DNA of 64,000 bases, taken from positions 47,193 through 111,192 of the forward strand of contig CALIZL010000019.1 of assembly GCA_938028745.1 (NCBI GenBank), given 5' to 3'. The translations under genes were made by a program, and so were the position numbers. Positions 19,632 to 30,073 of this stretch are shown here, piece after piece (within the stretch, counting starts at the first letter, position 1; each line of letters begins with the position of its first letter). This stretch comes from an uncultured Prevotella sp. GTDB lineage: Bacteria; Bacteroidota; Bacteroidia; Bacteroidales; Bacteroidaceae. The notes beneath the pieces are model-generated. The model made no database searches, was not told where the DNA came from, and worked only from the letters and a program-made list of their open reading frames with translations.

Positions 19632-21116
19632 ATGAAGAAAAATAATCTAAACATCTATGGCCAAAGGTTCGCATGGGGAGCCTTGCTGTTTTTCGTTGCT
19701 TGCATGTCGGCATGCCGAAGCGACAATGGAGACGTTTCCTCTGCAGAATACGACCCATCTCGACCTGTCACCGTGACAGACTTCATCCCCAAAGAGGGCG
19801 GAGTGGACCAAAAGTTGGTTGTTTACGGCAGCAACTTCGGCAACGACACTGGCAATGTCAAAGTCACCATTGGCGGACAGCGCGCCGTTCTCATCAGTGT
19901 TAAGGGCGATTGCCTTTACTGCTTGGTGCCTGCCAAGGCCTATTCGGGCGAGGTGGTGGTGTCTGTTGGCGGCAAAACAGCCAACGAACAGAGCGCAACG
20001 GCCAGCAGCAAGTTTAACTATGAACGAAAAATGGTTGTGGGAACGCTCAGTGGCGTACGTAACCAATTCGACGACCAAGGTTGGCACGACGGCCCTTTCA
20101 ACACGGCAACAGGCTATGCCGGCGAAGGATGCCTTACCTTCGACCCCCTAAACCACAACATTCTGTATGCCGTTTACGATGAAAACGCACACGGCATACA
20201 AGCACTTGACATGGAAAAGAAGGAGGTAAAAACCATACTCTCTATGTCTAAGTTCGACAACCACCGACTACGCTCCATCGATTTTTCGAACGACGGGCAA
20301 TATATGCTCATCTCCACCGACCGCGACGACCGCCAGTTGCAAAGTCCTAGCGTGTGGATTGTTAAGCGCAACGCCGATGGGACCTTCACCGACGCATCAA
20401 AATCGCAAATCTTAGCTGCCTACAAGCAGTGCAACGGAGCCGCCGTGCATCCCAAAAACGGCGAGCTTTACTTCAACAGTTACGAGCGCGGACAGGTTTT
20501 CCGCCTAGACATGAACAACTACTTCAACACCGTTGCAAGCGGCGGAACATGGTATCCCAACTGGACCGACGGCAACTTTAAGGAGCTGTTTACCATTCAA
20601 GATGTGAGTTGGGAGTTTAAAATCTTCATCCACCCCACTGGCAAGTACTGCTATATCGTGGTTATAAACAAGCATTACATTCTGCGTTCCGACTATAACG
20701 AAACCACCAAGAGCTTTGCTCCCCCATACGTTGTGGCCGGACAAGCGCGAAACGACGGATGGGTAGACGGTGTTGGCACCGGTGCACGAGTAAACAGGCC
20801 CTACCAAGGCTGTTTCGTGAAGAACAAGAAATACGTTGCCGAGAACCGCGATGATGTGTACGATTTCTACTTCTGCGACAACCGTAACCACTGTATACGT
20901 TATCTCACCCCCGACGGCATCGTCCGCACATACGCAGGACGCGGCACTTCGTCGCAAGCCGGCGATGGAAACGCATGGGGAACGGAAGACGGAGACCTGC
21001 GAGAAGTGGCTCGTTTTAACAGTCCTACGGGAATTGCCTACGACGAAAACGCTAACACCTTCTACATCCTAGATACCCAAGGACGAAAGATACGCACCAT
21101 TTCAATGGAAAAATAG
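19632..21116 (+). CDS. IPT/TIG-domain plus NHL/β-propeller surface lipoprotein, first gene of the Sus-like operon
   Basis: It has a lipoprotein signal (FFVACMSACRSDN) and a TIG-like region (VTVTDFIPKEGGVDQKLVVYGSNFG). It lies immediately upstream of SusC. It is a paralogue of the protein at 7940-9430. Confidence 0.8.
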   Translation: MKKNNLNIYGQRFAWGALLFFVACMSACRSDNGDVSSAEYDPSRPVTVTDFIPKEGGVDQKLVVYGSNFGNDTGNVKVTIGGQRAVLISVKGDCLYCLVPAKAYSGEVVVSVGGKTANEQSATASSKFNYERKMVVGTLSGVRNQFDDQGWHDGPFNTATGYAGEGCLTFDPLNHNILYAVYDENAHGIQALDMEKKEVKTILSMSKFDNHRLRSIDFSNDGQYMLISTDRDDRQLQSPSVWIVKRNADGTFTDASKSQILAAYKQCNGAAVHPKNGELYFNSYERGQVFRLDMNNYFNTVASGGTWYPNWTDGNFKELFTIQDVSWEFKIFIHPTGKYCYIVVINKHYILRSDYNETTKSFAPPYVVAGQARNDGWVDGVGTGARVNRPYQGCFVKNKKYVAENRDDVYDFYFCDNRNHCIRYLTPDGIVRTYAGRGTSSQAGDGNAWGTEDGDLREVARFNSPTGIAYDENANTFYILDTQGRKIRTISMEK

Positions 21117-21140
21117 AACTCCAAATAGAGCCATAAGACA

Positions 21141-24100
21141 ATGAAAAAGATATTTATATTATTCTGGATGTTGTGCGGCATTACGCTTAACGCCTTAGCA
21201 CAAGAACAGCTGGAAATATCGGGAACAGTAACCGACGCCACAGGAGAAGCCCTTATTGGCGTTAGCGTCACCGTGAAAGATGCCAAGGGATTGGGTACCA
21301 TCACCAACATCGACGGTAAATACACCATCAAGATGCAGCAATACCAAACGCTGGTGTTCTCTTACCTGGGCTACAAACCCGTAAGCGTGCTGGTTAAAGG
21401 CGACAGAAGGGTTATCGACGTACAGATGGCCGAGGAGAAACTCAACACCATCGACGAGGTTGTCATCACGGGTCTTGGCGCGCAAAAGAAACTCACCGTT
21501 ACGGGAGCCATCACCAATGTCGACCTCGGACAAATGAAACAATTCCCCTCATCCAACTTCACCAACGCCTTGGCAGGTAATGTTCCCGGCATCATCGCCA
21601 TGCAATCTTCGGGTCAGCCGGGTAAAAGCACATCGCGCTTTTGGGTTCGCGGCATCTCAACCTTCGGCGCCAGTTCCGATGCGATGATACTAGTAGACGG
21701 TTTCGAACGGTCGAACATCAACGACCTGAACATTGAAGACATCGAGAGTTTCTCGGTTTTGAAAGACGCTTCGGCAACGGCCATCTATGGCTCGAAGGGT
21801 GCCAACGGCGTTATTCTCATCACCACCAAACACGGTAAGGAAGGAAAGATAAACATCAACGCCAAAGGCGAGGTAGCGTATAACACCCGTACCATCACCC
21901 CGAAGTTTGTTGATGCGCCCACGTATGCCACTCTGCTCAACGAGGCACGCATAACGCGCAACCTCCCTCCGCAGTATCAACCCGAAGAGCTGGCACTAAT
22001 CAGGTCGGGACTAGACCCCGACTTCTACCCCAACGTAGACTGGTCGAAACTTCTTCTTAAAGATGGTGCAATGAGCTATCGTGCCGACTTGAGTTTGAGT
22101 GGCGGTGGAAACACAGCCCGCTACTTCGCATCCCTATCGTATGTAGAAGACCAAGGCATGTACAACACCGACGAGACATTGCGCAACAGGTACAACACCA
22201 ACGCCAATTTCAAACGCTGGAACTATCGTATGAATGTGGACATAGACGTTACGCCCACAACGGTTATCAAGCTGGGCGTATCGGGCAACCTCAACAAGCG
22301 CAACAGTCCTGGTCTTGGCGACCAATATGTATGGGGCGAACTCTTTGGTTTCAACGCCCTAAGTTCTCCCGTCCTCTATTCCAATGGCTATGTTCCGGCC
22401 TACGGTCGCCAAAAATATCAAATGAACCCTTGGGTTTCTGCCACACGCACAGGTTACAACCAAGAATGGGACAACAACATACAGACAAACGTAACGGTAG
22501 ACCAAAAGCTGGATTTCATTACCCGTGGCCTTTCGTTTACAGGTAGGTTCGGATACGACACCTATAATAGCAACCACATATACCATCGCCTTTGGCCAGC
22601 CATGTATCGCGCCAACAGCCGCGATTCGCAAGGCAACATCATTTGGGATAAGCTTTTCGAAGAGTCGCCCATGGCCCAAACATCAGGCGGAGAAGGTTCG
22701 CGCCGCGAGTTTTTGGAGGCTTTACTACGTTGGAACCGCACCTTCAACAAGCAACACAACTTTGGTGCTACTGCCCGTTTTACGCAAGACGAGCGGATAC
22801 AGACACAAAATATAGGCACAGACATTAAAAACTCTGTCAGCCAAAAGAACCAAGGCGTTGCAGGGCAGATAACCTATAACTACGCCCTACGCTATTTTGC
22901 CGACTTCAACTTCGGCTATAACGGTTCCGAAAACTTTGCCGACCACCATCGCTTTGGTTTCTTCCCTGCCTTCTCCCTAGCTTGGAACGTAGCCGAAGAA
23001 CCCCTCGTAAAGAAGGCATTACCCTGGCTCAACATGTTCAAGCTACGTTACTCGTGGGGCATGGTGGGCAACGACAATGCGGGAAGAAGCCATCGTTTCC
23101 CCTACCTTTACACTATCGATTTTACTAAAGAAGGCTACAATTGGGGGTCGAACCTTACCACAGCCACCACCACAGGCATGCACTACACGCAGGTGGCATC
23201 GCCAAACGTTACATGGGAGATTGCACGCAAAACCGACGTTGGCTTTGACTTCGTGGCGTTCGACAACAAGTTCTCGCTCACGATGGACTACTTCTACGAG
23301 AAGAGAACGGGCATCTTCATGCAACGCAACTTCTTACCCGACATCACAGGACTTGAAAGTCGCCCTTGGGCAAACGTTGGCGCCGTAAAATCTAGCGGTT
23401 TCGATGGTAACTTCCAATACAAGGACCACATCGGTGAGATAAACTGGACGGTGCGCGGAAACATCACTTACAGTAAAAACACCATCCTAGAACGCGACGA
23501 CGAAAACAACGTTTACGCCTATCAGTACGAAAAAGGCTACCGCATTGGCCAACAAAGGGGGCTTATTGCCCAGGGCCTCTTCCGCGATTACGACGACATT
23601 CGCAACTCGCCCAAGCAAAGTTGGGGAGCCGTACAACCTGGCGACATCAAATATAAAGACGTTAACGGCGACGGCGTTGTGAACGATGGCGACCGCGTGG
23701 CCATAGGTGCAACCAGCACCCCTAGCCTCATCTACGGGCTTGGAGCCTCTATTAGCTGGCGCGGTTTCGACTTTAACTTCCACTTCCAAGGAGCTGGCAA
23801 ATACACGTTCCTCATCAACGGCGGTACGGTTAACGCCTTCAGCAATGGCCGCTGGGGAAATATCCTTAAAGGGATAACCGACAACCGATGGATTTCATCA
23901 GACATTTCGGGCACCAAGGAAACAGAAAATCCCAATGCCCCCTACCCCCGTTTGAGCTACGGCAGCAATAGTAACAACGAGCAGGCATCTACCTTTTGGT
24001 TACGCAACGGCCGTTTCTTGCGCCTCAAAAACCTCGACATTGGCTACACAATGCCCAAACCCTGGGTCAACGCCATACACTTGGAGAGCGCACGAATCTA

Positions 24101-24230
24101 CATTTCGGGGCAAAACCTCATCACGTGGTCGGCCTTCGACCTTTGGGATCCCGAACTCGACAGCAGCAGGCGAGGCGAAGAATACCCCATCACTCGTTCG
24201 TTTACGGCAGGCATACAAATTAGTTTATAA
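21141..24230 (+). CDS. SusC/RagA-family TonB-dependent outer-membrane transporter
   Basis: The 1029-aa ORF has a signal peptide, a carboxypeptidase-regulatory-like N-terminal domain (LEISGTVTDATGEALIGVSVTVKDAKG), a TonB box (DEVVITGLG), a plug and a barrel. A SusD gene follows 15 bp downstream. Confidence 0.95.
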   Translation: MKKIFILFWMLCGITLNALAQEQLEISGTVTDATGEALIGVSVTVKDAKGLGTITNIDGKYTIKMQQYQTLVFSYLGYKPVSVLVKGDRRVIDVQMAEEKLNTIDEVVITGLGAQKKLTVTGAITNVDLGQMKQFPSSNFTNALAGNVPGIIAMQSSGQPGKSTSRFWVRGISTFGASSDAMILVDGFERSNINDLNIEDIESFSVLKDASATAIYGSKGANGVILITTKHGKEGKININAKGEVAYNTRTITPKFVDAPTYATLLNEARITRNLPPQYQPEELALIRSGLDPDFYPNVDWSKLLLKDGAMSYRADLSLSGGGNTARYFASLSYVEDQGMYNTDETLRNRYNTNANFKRWNYRMNVDIDVTPTTVIKLGVSGNLNKRNSPGLGDQYVWGELFGFNALSSPVLYSNGYVPAYGRQKYQMNPWVSATRTGYNQEWDNNIQTNVTVDQKLDFITRGLSFTGRFGYDTYNSNHIYHRLWPAMYRANSRDSQGNIIWDKLFEESPMAQTSGGEGSRREFLEALLRWNRTFNKQHNFGATARFTQDERIQTQNIGTDIKNSVSQKNQGVAGQITYNYALRYFADFNFGYNGSENFADHHRFGFFPAFSLAWNVAEEPLVKKALPWLNMFKLRYSWGMVGNDNAGRSHRFPYLYTIDFTKEGYNWGSNLTTATTTGMHYTQVASPNVTWEIARKTDVGFDFVAFDNKFSLTMDYFYEKRTGIFMQRNFLPDITGLESRPWANVGAVKSSGFDGNFQYKDHIGEINWTVRGNITYSKNTILERDDENNVYAYQYEKGYRIGQQRGLIAQGLFRDYDDIRNSPKQSWGAVQPGDIKYKDVNGDGVVNDGDRVAIGATSTPSLIYGLGASISWRGFDFNFHFQGAGKYTFLINGGTVNAFSNGRWGNILKGITDNRWISSDISGTKETENPNAPYPRLSYGSNSNNEQASTFWLRNGRFLRLKNLDIGYTMPKPWVNAIHLESARIYISGQNLITWSAFDLWDPELDSSRRGEEYPITRSFTAGIQISL

Positions 24231-24245
24231 CCACAGACATACAAC

Positions 24246-26318
24246 ATGAAACGTAAAAATATTGCCCTGATAACGTTGGCGTTGGGCATCGGAATACTCT
24301 TTTCCGCTTGCAACGACTATCTGGACTCCGACAAATACTTTGAAGACCGTACCACGATTGAAAAGGTCTTCACCAGCAGAATACGCTCCCAACAATGGCT
24401 TGCCTACGCCTATTCGTTCTTGAAAGACGAGAACGCCGACGTTGTTGGCAAGGAGAAAGAAACCAATTCGTTTACCTTTGCCGACGACATGTACTATGGC
24501 GACCGCGACGTTAACTACGACTCAAAGGAGGCTGATGAGCTTTCGTACAACACGTTCATGCAAGGCGAATACGACGAAAACGACTTTAACCAAGGCTGGA
24601 CAATGTGTTACAAGGGCATTTATCAGGCCTCAGTGTTCATCGCCAACATTTACAGGAACACCGAAATGACCGAAAAAGAACGGCTCGACTTTAAAGGGCA
24701 GGCACGTTTTGTGCGCGCCTACTTCTATTGGCTGTTGCTCCGCCGTTACGGTCCTGTGCCAATCATGCCCGACGAAGGTGTTGATTACACCCTTAGTTAC
24801 GAACAGATAGCCACGCCGCGCAGCTCGTACGAAGAGGTGGCCAACTATATTAGCCGTGAAATGGTGCAAGCCGCCAAGGAAATACAATACACCAGGCGCG
24901 ACGGCGAAAACATCGCACGCCCCACAAAGGGCGCTTGCCTGGCCACACGCGCCCTGGCATTGGCTTTCGCAGCCAGTCCGTTGGCCAACGGTAACACCGA
25001 TGCCTACGCCAAGCAGCTGGTAGACGACAAAGGCCGGACATTGCTCAACACCGACTATCAAGAGGAGAAATGGGCGCGCGCCGCCGCCGCCTGCAAAGAC
25101 GTTATGCAGCTTGGTGTGTACGACCTCTATCACGCCTCGTTCAGCACAACAGATGCAGCAGGCGACCCAGCCACCATCGTACCGGCCGACTCTACTTGCC
25201 AATTTGCCCAAAGCGACTGGCCAACGGGCTGGAAAAACATCGACCCCTTCAAGTCTTACCGTGTTTTGTTCAACGGAGACGTTGCCCCAGAAGACAATCC
25301 CGAACTGATATTCTCGCGTATAGACCAAAATGCCACACGCATAAACCACAGCATGATGTCGTTTGCACGCCATTCCATGCCTCGCGACTTTGGCGGATGG
25401 AACACACATGGCCTTACCCAGAAGATGGTAGACGCCTATTATATGAACGACGGCACAGACTGTCCTGGCAAAGACAGCGAGCTGAACGGCGGGAACGGTG
25501 CTGAACGTCTCAAAGGATTTACCACCGCACGCGACTATCGCCGCGGAAAATACAAGCCCTTGGCCGCCAACGTGTCGTTGCAATATGCCAACCGCGAACC
25601 GCGTTTCTACGCCTCGGTGGGCTATAACGGCTCTGTTTGGGAGTATTTGGGCGACCCCGAAAGCACCCACCACAACCGCCAAACCTTCTATTATCGCGGT
25701 AGTGGCAACGGCTACAACAACTCGCAGTTCTACCTCCGCACGGGTATCAGCGTGAAAAAGTACGTCAATCCCACCGACGTTCCCGACCGCGAAGACTATA
25801 AGAACATCAAGAACAGGGCCGAACCCGCCATTCGCTATGCCGACATACTTTTGCTCTACGCCGAGGCGCTCAACGAGCTTGATGGCACATACACCATCCC
25901 ATCGTGGGACGAAAGCACCACTTACAACGTTCGCCGCGACATTGCCGAGATACAAAAAGGCATACACCCCATACGCATACGCGGCGGAGTGCCCGACTAT
26001 TCGACAGACGTCTATGCCAACAAAGACCTCTTGCGTGCCAAGATTAAACGCGAACGCATGATTGAATTCATGGGCGAGGGCAAGCGTTACTTCGACCTGC
26101 GCCGTTGGAAAGACGCGCCACGAGAACTGAACCAACGCATTTATGGCTGCAACGTAATGATGGATGCCAACCACGCAGCAGAGTTCCAGCAGGTTATCCC
26201 CATCAACAACCTGCGCAGCACATTCTCAGACAAGATGTACTTTTGGCCCATCCGCCACAGCGAACTGAAACATAACTCGCGCCTGACACAGAACCCAGGA
26301 TGGACTTATAACGATTAA
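24246..26318 (+). CDS. SusD/RagB-family nutrient-binding outer-membrane lipoprotein
   Basis: It has a lipoprotein signal (LFSACNDYLD). Its size, position after SusC and TPR-like SusD signatures (RAYFYWLL, ILLLYAEALNE) fit the family. Confidence 0.95.
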   Translation: MKRKNIALITLALGIGILFSACNDYLDSDKYFEDRTTIEKVFTSRIRSQQWLAYAYSFLKDENADVVGKEKETNSFTFADDMYYGDRDVNYDSKEADELSYNTFMQGEYDENDFNQGWTMCYKGIYQASVFIANIYRNTEMTEKERLDFKGQARFVRAYFYWLLLRRYGPVPIMPDEGVDYTLSYEQIATPRSSYEEVANYISREMVQAAKEIQYTRRDGENIARPTKGACLATRALALAFAASPLANGNTDAYAKQLVDDKGRTLLNTDYQEEKWARAAAACKDVMQLGVYDLYHASFSTTDAAGDPATIVPADSTCQFAQSDWPTGWKNIDPFKSYRVLFNGDVAPEDNPELIFSRIDQNATRINHSMMSFARHSMPRDFGGWNTHGLTQKMVDAYYMNDGTDCPGKDSELNGGNGAERLKGFTTARDYRRGKYKPLAANVSLQYANREPRFYASVGYNGSVWEYLGDPESTHHNRQTFYYRGSGNGYNNSQFYLRTGISVKKYVNPTDVPDREDYKNIKNRAEPAIRYADILLLYAEALNELDGTYTIPSWDESTTYNVRRDIAEIQKGIHPIRIRGGVPDYSTDVYANKDLLRAKIKRERMIEFMGEGKRYFDLRRWKDAPRELNQRIYGCNVMMDANHAAEFQQVIPINNLRSTFSDKMYFWPIRHSELKHNSRLTQNPGWTYND

Positions 26319-26341
26319 CCTACCCTTTAAGTGACAAGAAA

Positions 26342-27364
26342 ATGAAAGTAAAACATCTTCCGATATATGCGGCGATGCTCGCAAGCGCACTCGCCACGCT
26401 TACCGCCTGTAACGACGAATGGAAAGAAGAGCAATACACGCAGTACGTTAGTTTCCGCGCACCGCTTGGCAAACTAGGCGTTACCGACGTTTACGTGCCA
26501 TACAGCAGGCGCAATGCCGACAAGACTTTTGTCGAGGGTAGCGGACTCTCATCGTATAAACTACCCGTAATCGTTAGCGGTTCGCTGCAAAACAAGAACA
26601 ATATCACCGTTCATGTTGCGCACGATGGCGACACGCTTAACGTGCTAAACCAAGCCCGTTTCTTAAATCGCACCGAACTGTGGTACACCGACATGAAGGA
26701 TTATGCCACTGTTCCAGAGACGACGACCATCGCATCGGGCGAGAATGTGGGGCTGCTTAACATAAAATTCAACTTCAATGGCATCGACATGAGCAACAAA
26801 TGGGTGTTGCCGCTTACCATCGTAAACGGCGAAAACTATGGCTACACAGCCCATCCACGTAAGAACTACGCCAAGGCGCTGCTCCGCATCTTCCCCTTTA
26901 ACGACTATTCGGGCGACTATTCGGGCAGTACAATGAAGATTTTCGTTACAGGCGACGAGGCTAACGCCACCGCTAAATCTATCATTCGCGGATATGTGGT
27001 GGACGATAAGACCATCTTTTTCTACGCAGGCGACATAGACGAGAGCCGCACCGACCGTGCCAAGTACAAGGTTTTTGCTCGTTTCAACGGCGAAAAGGAA
27101 GGCACGGTAGACTTCTATACCACCAACAACGACCTGAAATTAAAGGTGAACAAGCAGGCCTCGTTTCACATTATCGAGCAAAAAGACGATGTGAAGCCTT
27201 ATCTCGTGCACCGCTACGTTATCATCAACAACATTAGTTACGATTACGTAGACTACACCTCGGCTCCTGGAACAGAGTTTAATTGGTCTGTTAGCGGTAC
27301 GCTCACACTAGAACGACAGATAAATACACAAATACCCGACGAGGACCAAGCCATCGAATGGTAA
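26342..27364 (+). CDS. Surface lipoprotein in the SusE/SusF position (probably a DUF1735/DUF4361-like glycan-binding accessory protein)
   Basis: It has a lipoprotein signal (ALATLTACNDEW) and sits immediately after SusD in the same operon. Confidence 0.65.
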   Translation: MKVKHLPIYAAMLASALATLTACNDEWKEEQYTQYVSFRAPLGKLGVTDVYVPYSRRNADKTFVEGSGLSSYKLPVIVSGSLQNKNNITVHVAHDGDTLNVLNQARFLNRTELWYTDMKDYATVPETTTIASGENVGLLNIKFNFNGIDMSNKWVLPLTIVNGENYGYTAHPRKNYAKALLRIFPFNDYSGDYSGSTMKIFVTGDEANATAKSIIRGYVVDDKTIFFYAGDIDESRTDRAKYKVFARFNGEKEGTVDFYTTNNDLKLKVNKQASFHIIEQKDDVKPYLVHRYVIINNISYDYVDYTSAPGTEFNWSVSGTLTLERQINTQIPDEDQAIEW

Positions 27365-27990
27365 CGTTCCTAGTTGCCTAAACACATTTAGGCGTGTCTT
27401 ATCAACCGCATGCCTCAACACAGACCCAATCTGTTAAGGCAGGTTCTAAAGATAACCTCCACAGGATTTTTAGGCATTACTTAAACCCAAATCGGCCGTT
27501 AGAGCCTGTGCAGATTTTGTGTATTGTTGAGCATCTTACCTGTTTTATTCTCTTGACGTAGCCCGCTACGCCTTCAAGAATAAGACAGGCAATATGCCGA
27601 CAAGCATAAGAAAGATGAATGGGAAGCGATGGAAACAACCTAAAAATATTTGATAAGCAACCTAACAACAGATTGGGGTTAAATCTTTCTTAACCTTCCA
27701 ACTCTCTTAAAAATAAAATGGTTGATTGTTGTTATAGTAGTAGTCAGAAAGCCATGCTTTATCTCTCAATGGGATGTAAGCATGGCTTTCCCTTGTCACC
27801 CCCTAATCTTCCACTGAGCCCAGAATAGTGCGAAATTTGAAGATTCTTAGCATCCATCTTAAACGAGCAAACGCCCACCCCATTATCGAGTGAGCGTTTG
27901 TTTGACTTTCGCTTAGCTGGGCAACAATAGGCAAAGATGCCCGTTTGTGCCCATGCGTTACTTGTTTTTTCCCCTAAGAAAGGGAAAAGT

Positions 27991-28390
27991 TGTGGAGCTG
28001 GTGGGATTCGAACCCACGTCCAAACAGGGAAACCATACGCTTTCTACACGCTTATTCCAGCCTTCGGTTTTCGTGCATTGGCAAGACCTGGACCACCAAC
28101 CAATGCCTTATCCCCTAAAATTTCATTCGGCGAGCGGGGCCACGCCAAACTATTTCCGATTTCTCTGCACCGCTATATCAGCTGGCTTCGGAACAACAGC
28201 CTCTGAGCGATGTCTCGTTCCATCACCTAGTGACGGAATAAAGCCCAAAACCTACTATGCTTCGGTTAGGCAGCGAGAGCGTAATTTCTTTCGCCAATTA
28301 AATTGTCGATAACTGGGATTATGGAGCCAGCCACCTACGCTCCGCGTGCTTACATACCATTTCATCCCGCTGTCAAATCCAGTCAACCCC
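27991..28390 (-). ncRNA. ssrA: tmRNA (ssrA)
   Basis: The minus-strand 5' end is GGGGTTGACTGGATTTGACAGCGGG (tRNA-like acceptor/D region). The tag-peptide reading frame ...GCGAAAGAAATTACGCTCTCGCTGCCTAA encodes GENNYALAA-stop, the Bacteroidetes-type tag. The 3' end is GGACGTGGGTTCGAATCCCACCAGCTCCAC (T-arm plus acceptor), with CCA not encoded. Confidence 0.85.
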
Positions 28391-28507
28391 GATTTTGTTT
28401 GCCCACGTACGGCGTTTAATAATTGCCTAACATATACAAACGGCGGCATACAAGTATGCGATATTAATTTGCAAAGTTAATAAAAAGGGTTCACATCACC
28501 AAATTTT

Positions 28508-30061
28508 TCAATCAATATCGTTCTTTTCTTTCTTTCTCCGCAAGCGTATTTTCTGCAGCAGCTGTACAAACAAGGCACGTTCGTTTGAAGACAATCCCAC
28601 AAAAAATAAGGCAACGCAGAAGGTAAGCATGCTAAGCAGAAGCACAATAACAAGGCGCAGCATACCTTGTGCCATGAAATAAAGCGGAACGAGGTCTATC
28701 GCGAACACAATCAGCGTGAGCCCAATAACAGGTAAAGCCACACGATAGAAGAAATCGGAATAGGCCATTCCGCAATTGGCGTGCATATAATAGATGTGTA
28801 CGGCCGAGAACATCAGCCCGTAAGTAACAATGCCTACAATATACATCCAAATGGGCGAGAAACCGAAATAGAAGAGTACATAAGACAGGACAAGCGGCAG
28901 CAACTCTACAAAGCAAACCCACTTGTTAAGTGCCTTTATGCGCCCTTCTGCTGCCAAAGACGAAGAGAAGACAATAGTTGTCTGCTCAATCAAACTTCTT
29001 ATCAACAGCAAACGAGAGATTACCACCGTCCATTGCGGCACATTTTTTAGCCATATCTCCAATATATAGGGCATTTCTACCATTGCAGGGATGGCGAAGA
29101 AAGCCAAGATAAAGTACGAAAATTTGCATCCCATCAACGAGGCGGTTATCATTTGCTGCCTATTCCCAGCCCCCTCGCTTTTGGCTATCACGGGGTTTAA
29201 TGCCTTCAACATGTGTCTGGCAAAGGCCATAAGTTGCCCGATAACCTGTATGCCGATGCCATGTGCGGCGTTGAGCAGCGTTCCAAAGAAATGGTTAAGC
29301 ACCAGTCCGGCTCCATAATTGCTTACAACGGCACTTGAAGTGCCAACAAAGCTCCACCCTGCAAAGCCAAGCAATTCTTTCATCAGACCCTTATCCCAAT
29401 ATCGCTTGATGCCCATCTCGCACTCTTCGTAATGCCTATGGCAATAAATGAGCGACACGCCAAAAGTAAAGAAAGGTAAGAAAGCCATCAGAAAGCCGTA
29501 GGTGATAAGCTTATCGCCCGACGAATAGATGGTGACATAGGCGATAATAAGTTTCAACACCGAATCGGCCACACCGAGAATGGCATAGAATTTCATGTTC
29601 TCGTGGGCGTTGATGGCTGCCTCGTAAGGCGCGGTCATGATGGTGCCGATAACGCTCACGATAAGACTAGCAAACACTACCTGGGCGGCGAAGGTGCGTT
29701 CGGGAGGGATGTTGAGCACATGTTTGAAACAAAAGTACCCCACAACAAGTAAGCAAACCACCATGACAGCCGACACCAACAGATGAAGTGCAAGACTTAC
29801 ATTAAATATGCGCTTCTGCATAAGCAGGTTGCCCGCCCCTTCATGGTAGTTGAGGTAACGCTGGGTAGAGGCCGAAACAGACGCGCTGACAAAGCTCAAC
29901 AAGGCTATAACGCCACCAACGACGTTGAAAATACCAAAATCGGACTCGCCAAGCGTGTTGAGAACCAAACGCGTGGTATACAGGATGATGAATATGGAGA
30001 TGAGCATCCGCCCATACAGGAAACCCGTATTTTGTATTACTCGTTTTGCAACTTCGTTCAT
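28508..30061 (-). CDS. wzx: Polysaccharide (O-antigen/capsule) flippase Wzx of the MOP superfamily
   Basis: The 517-aa ORF is a multi-TM protein with a typical Wzx N-terminus (KRVIQNTGFLYGRMLISIFIILYTTRLVLNTLGESDFGIF). Confidence 0.85.
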   Translation of the reverse strand: MNEVAKRVIQNTGFLYGRMLISIFIILYTTRLVLNTLGESDFGIFNVVGGVIALLSFVSASVSASTQRYLNYHEGAGNLLMQKRIFNVSLALHLLVSAVMVVCLLVVGYFCFKHVLNIPPERTFAAQVVFASLIVSVIGTIMTAPYEAAINAHENMKFYAILGVADSVLKLIIAYVTIYSSGDKLITYGFLMAFLPFFTFGVSLIYCHRHYEECEMGIKRYWDKGLMKELLGFAGWSFVGTSSAVVSNYGAGLVLNHFFGTLLNAAHGIGIQVIGQLMAFARHMLKALNPVIAKSEGAGNRQQMITASLMGCKFSYFILAFFAIPAMVEMPYILEIWLKNVPQWTVVISRLLLIRSLIEQTTIVFSSSLAAEGRIKALNKWVCFVELLPLVLSYVLFYFGFSPIWMYIVGIVTYGLMFSAVHIYYMHANCGMAYSDFFYRVALPVIGLTLIVFAIDLVPLYFMAQGMLRLVIVLLLSMLTFCVALFFVGLSSNERALFVQLLQKIRLRRKKEKNDID

Positions 30062-30073
30062 GTAGCGTTGTTG

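Noticed and set aside
24630-26174. A 514-aa ORF antisense to SusD
   Set aside because: It lies entirely inside the SusD gene on the opposite strand. It has a low-complexity Val/Gly/Ala-rich composition, typical of antisense frames in GC-rich coding DNA. SusD on the plus strand has clear family signatures and operon context.
27961-27990. A hairpin (TTTTCCC…GGGAAAA) next to the ssrA 3' end as its intrinsic terminator
   Set aside because: On the minus strand, which is the ssrA sense strand, the stem is not followed by a U-run. It is more likely part of the processed precursor or a plus-strand element, so I did not annotate it.
28255-28449. A 64-aa ORF, and plus-strand ORFs 27937-28312, overlapping the tmRNA
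   Set aside because: The region is explained by ssrA, with its tRNA-like ends and its GENNYALAA tag frame. These are chance ORFs in a structured RNA gene.
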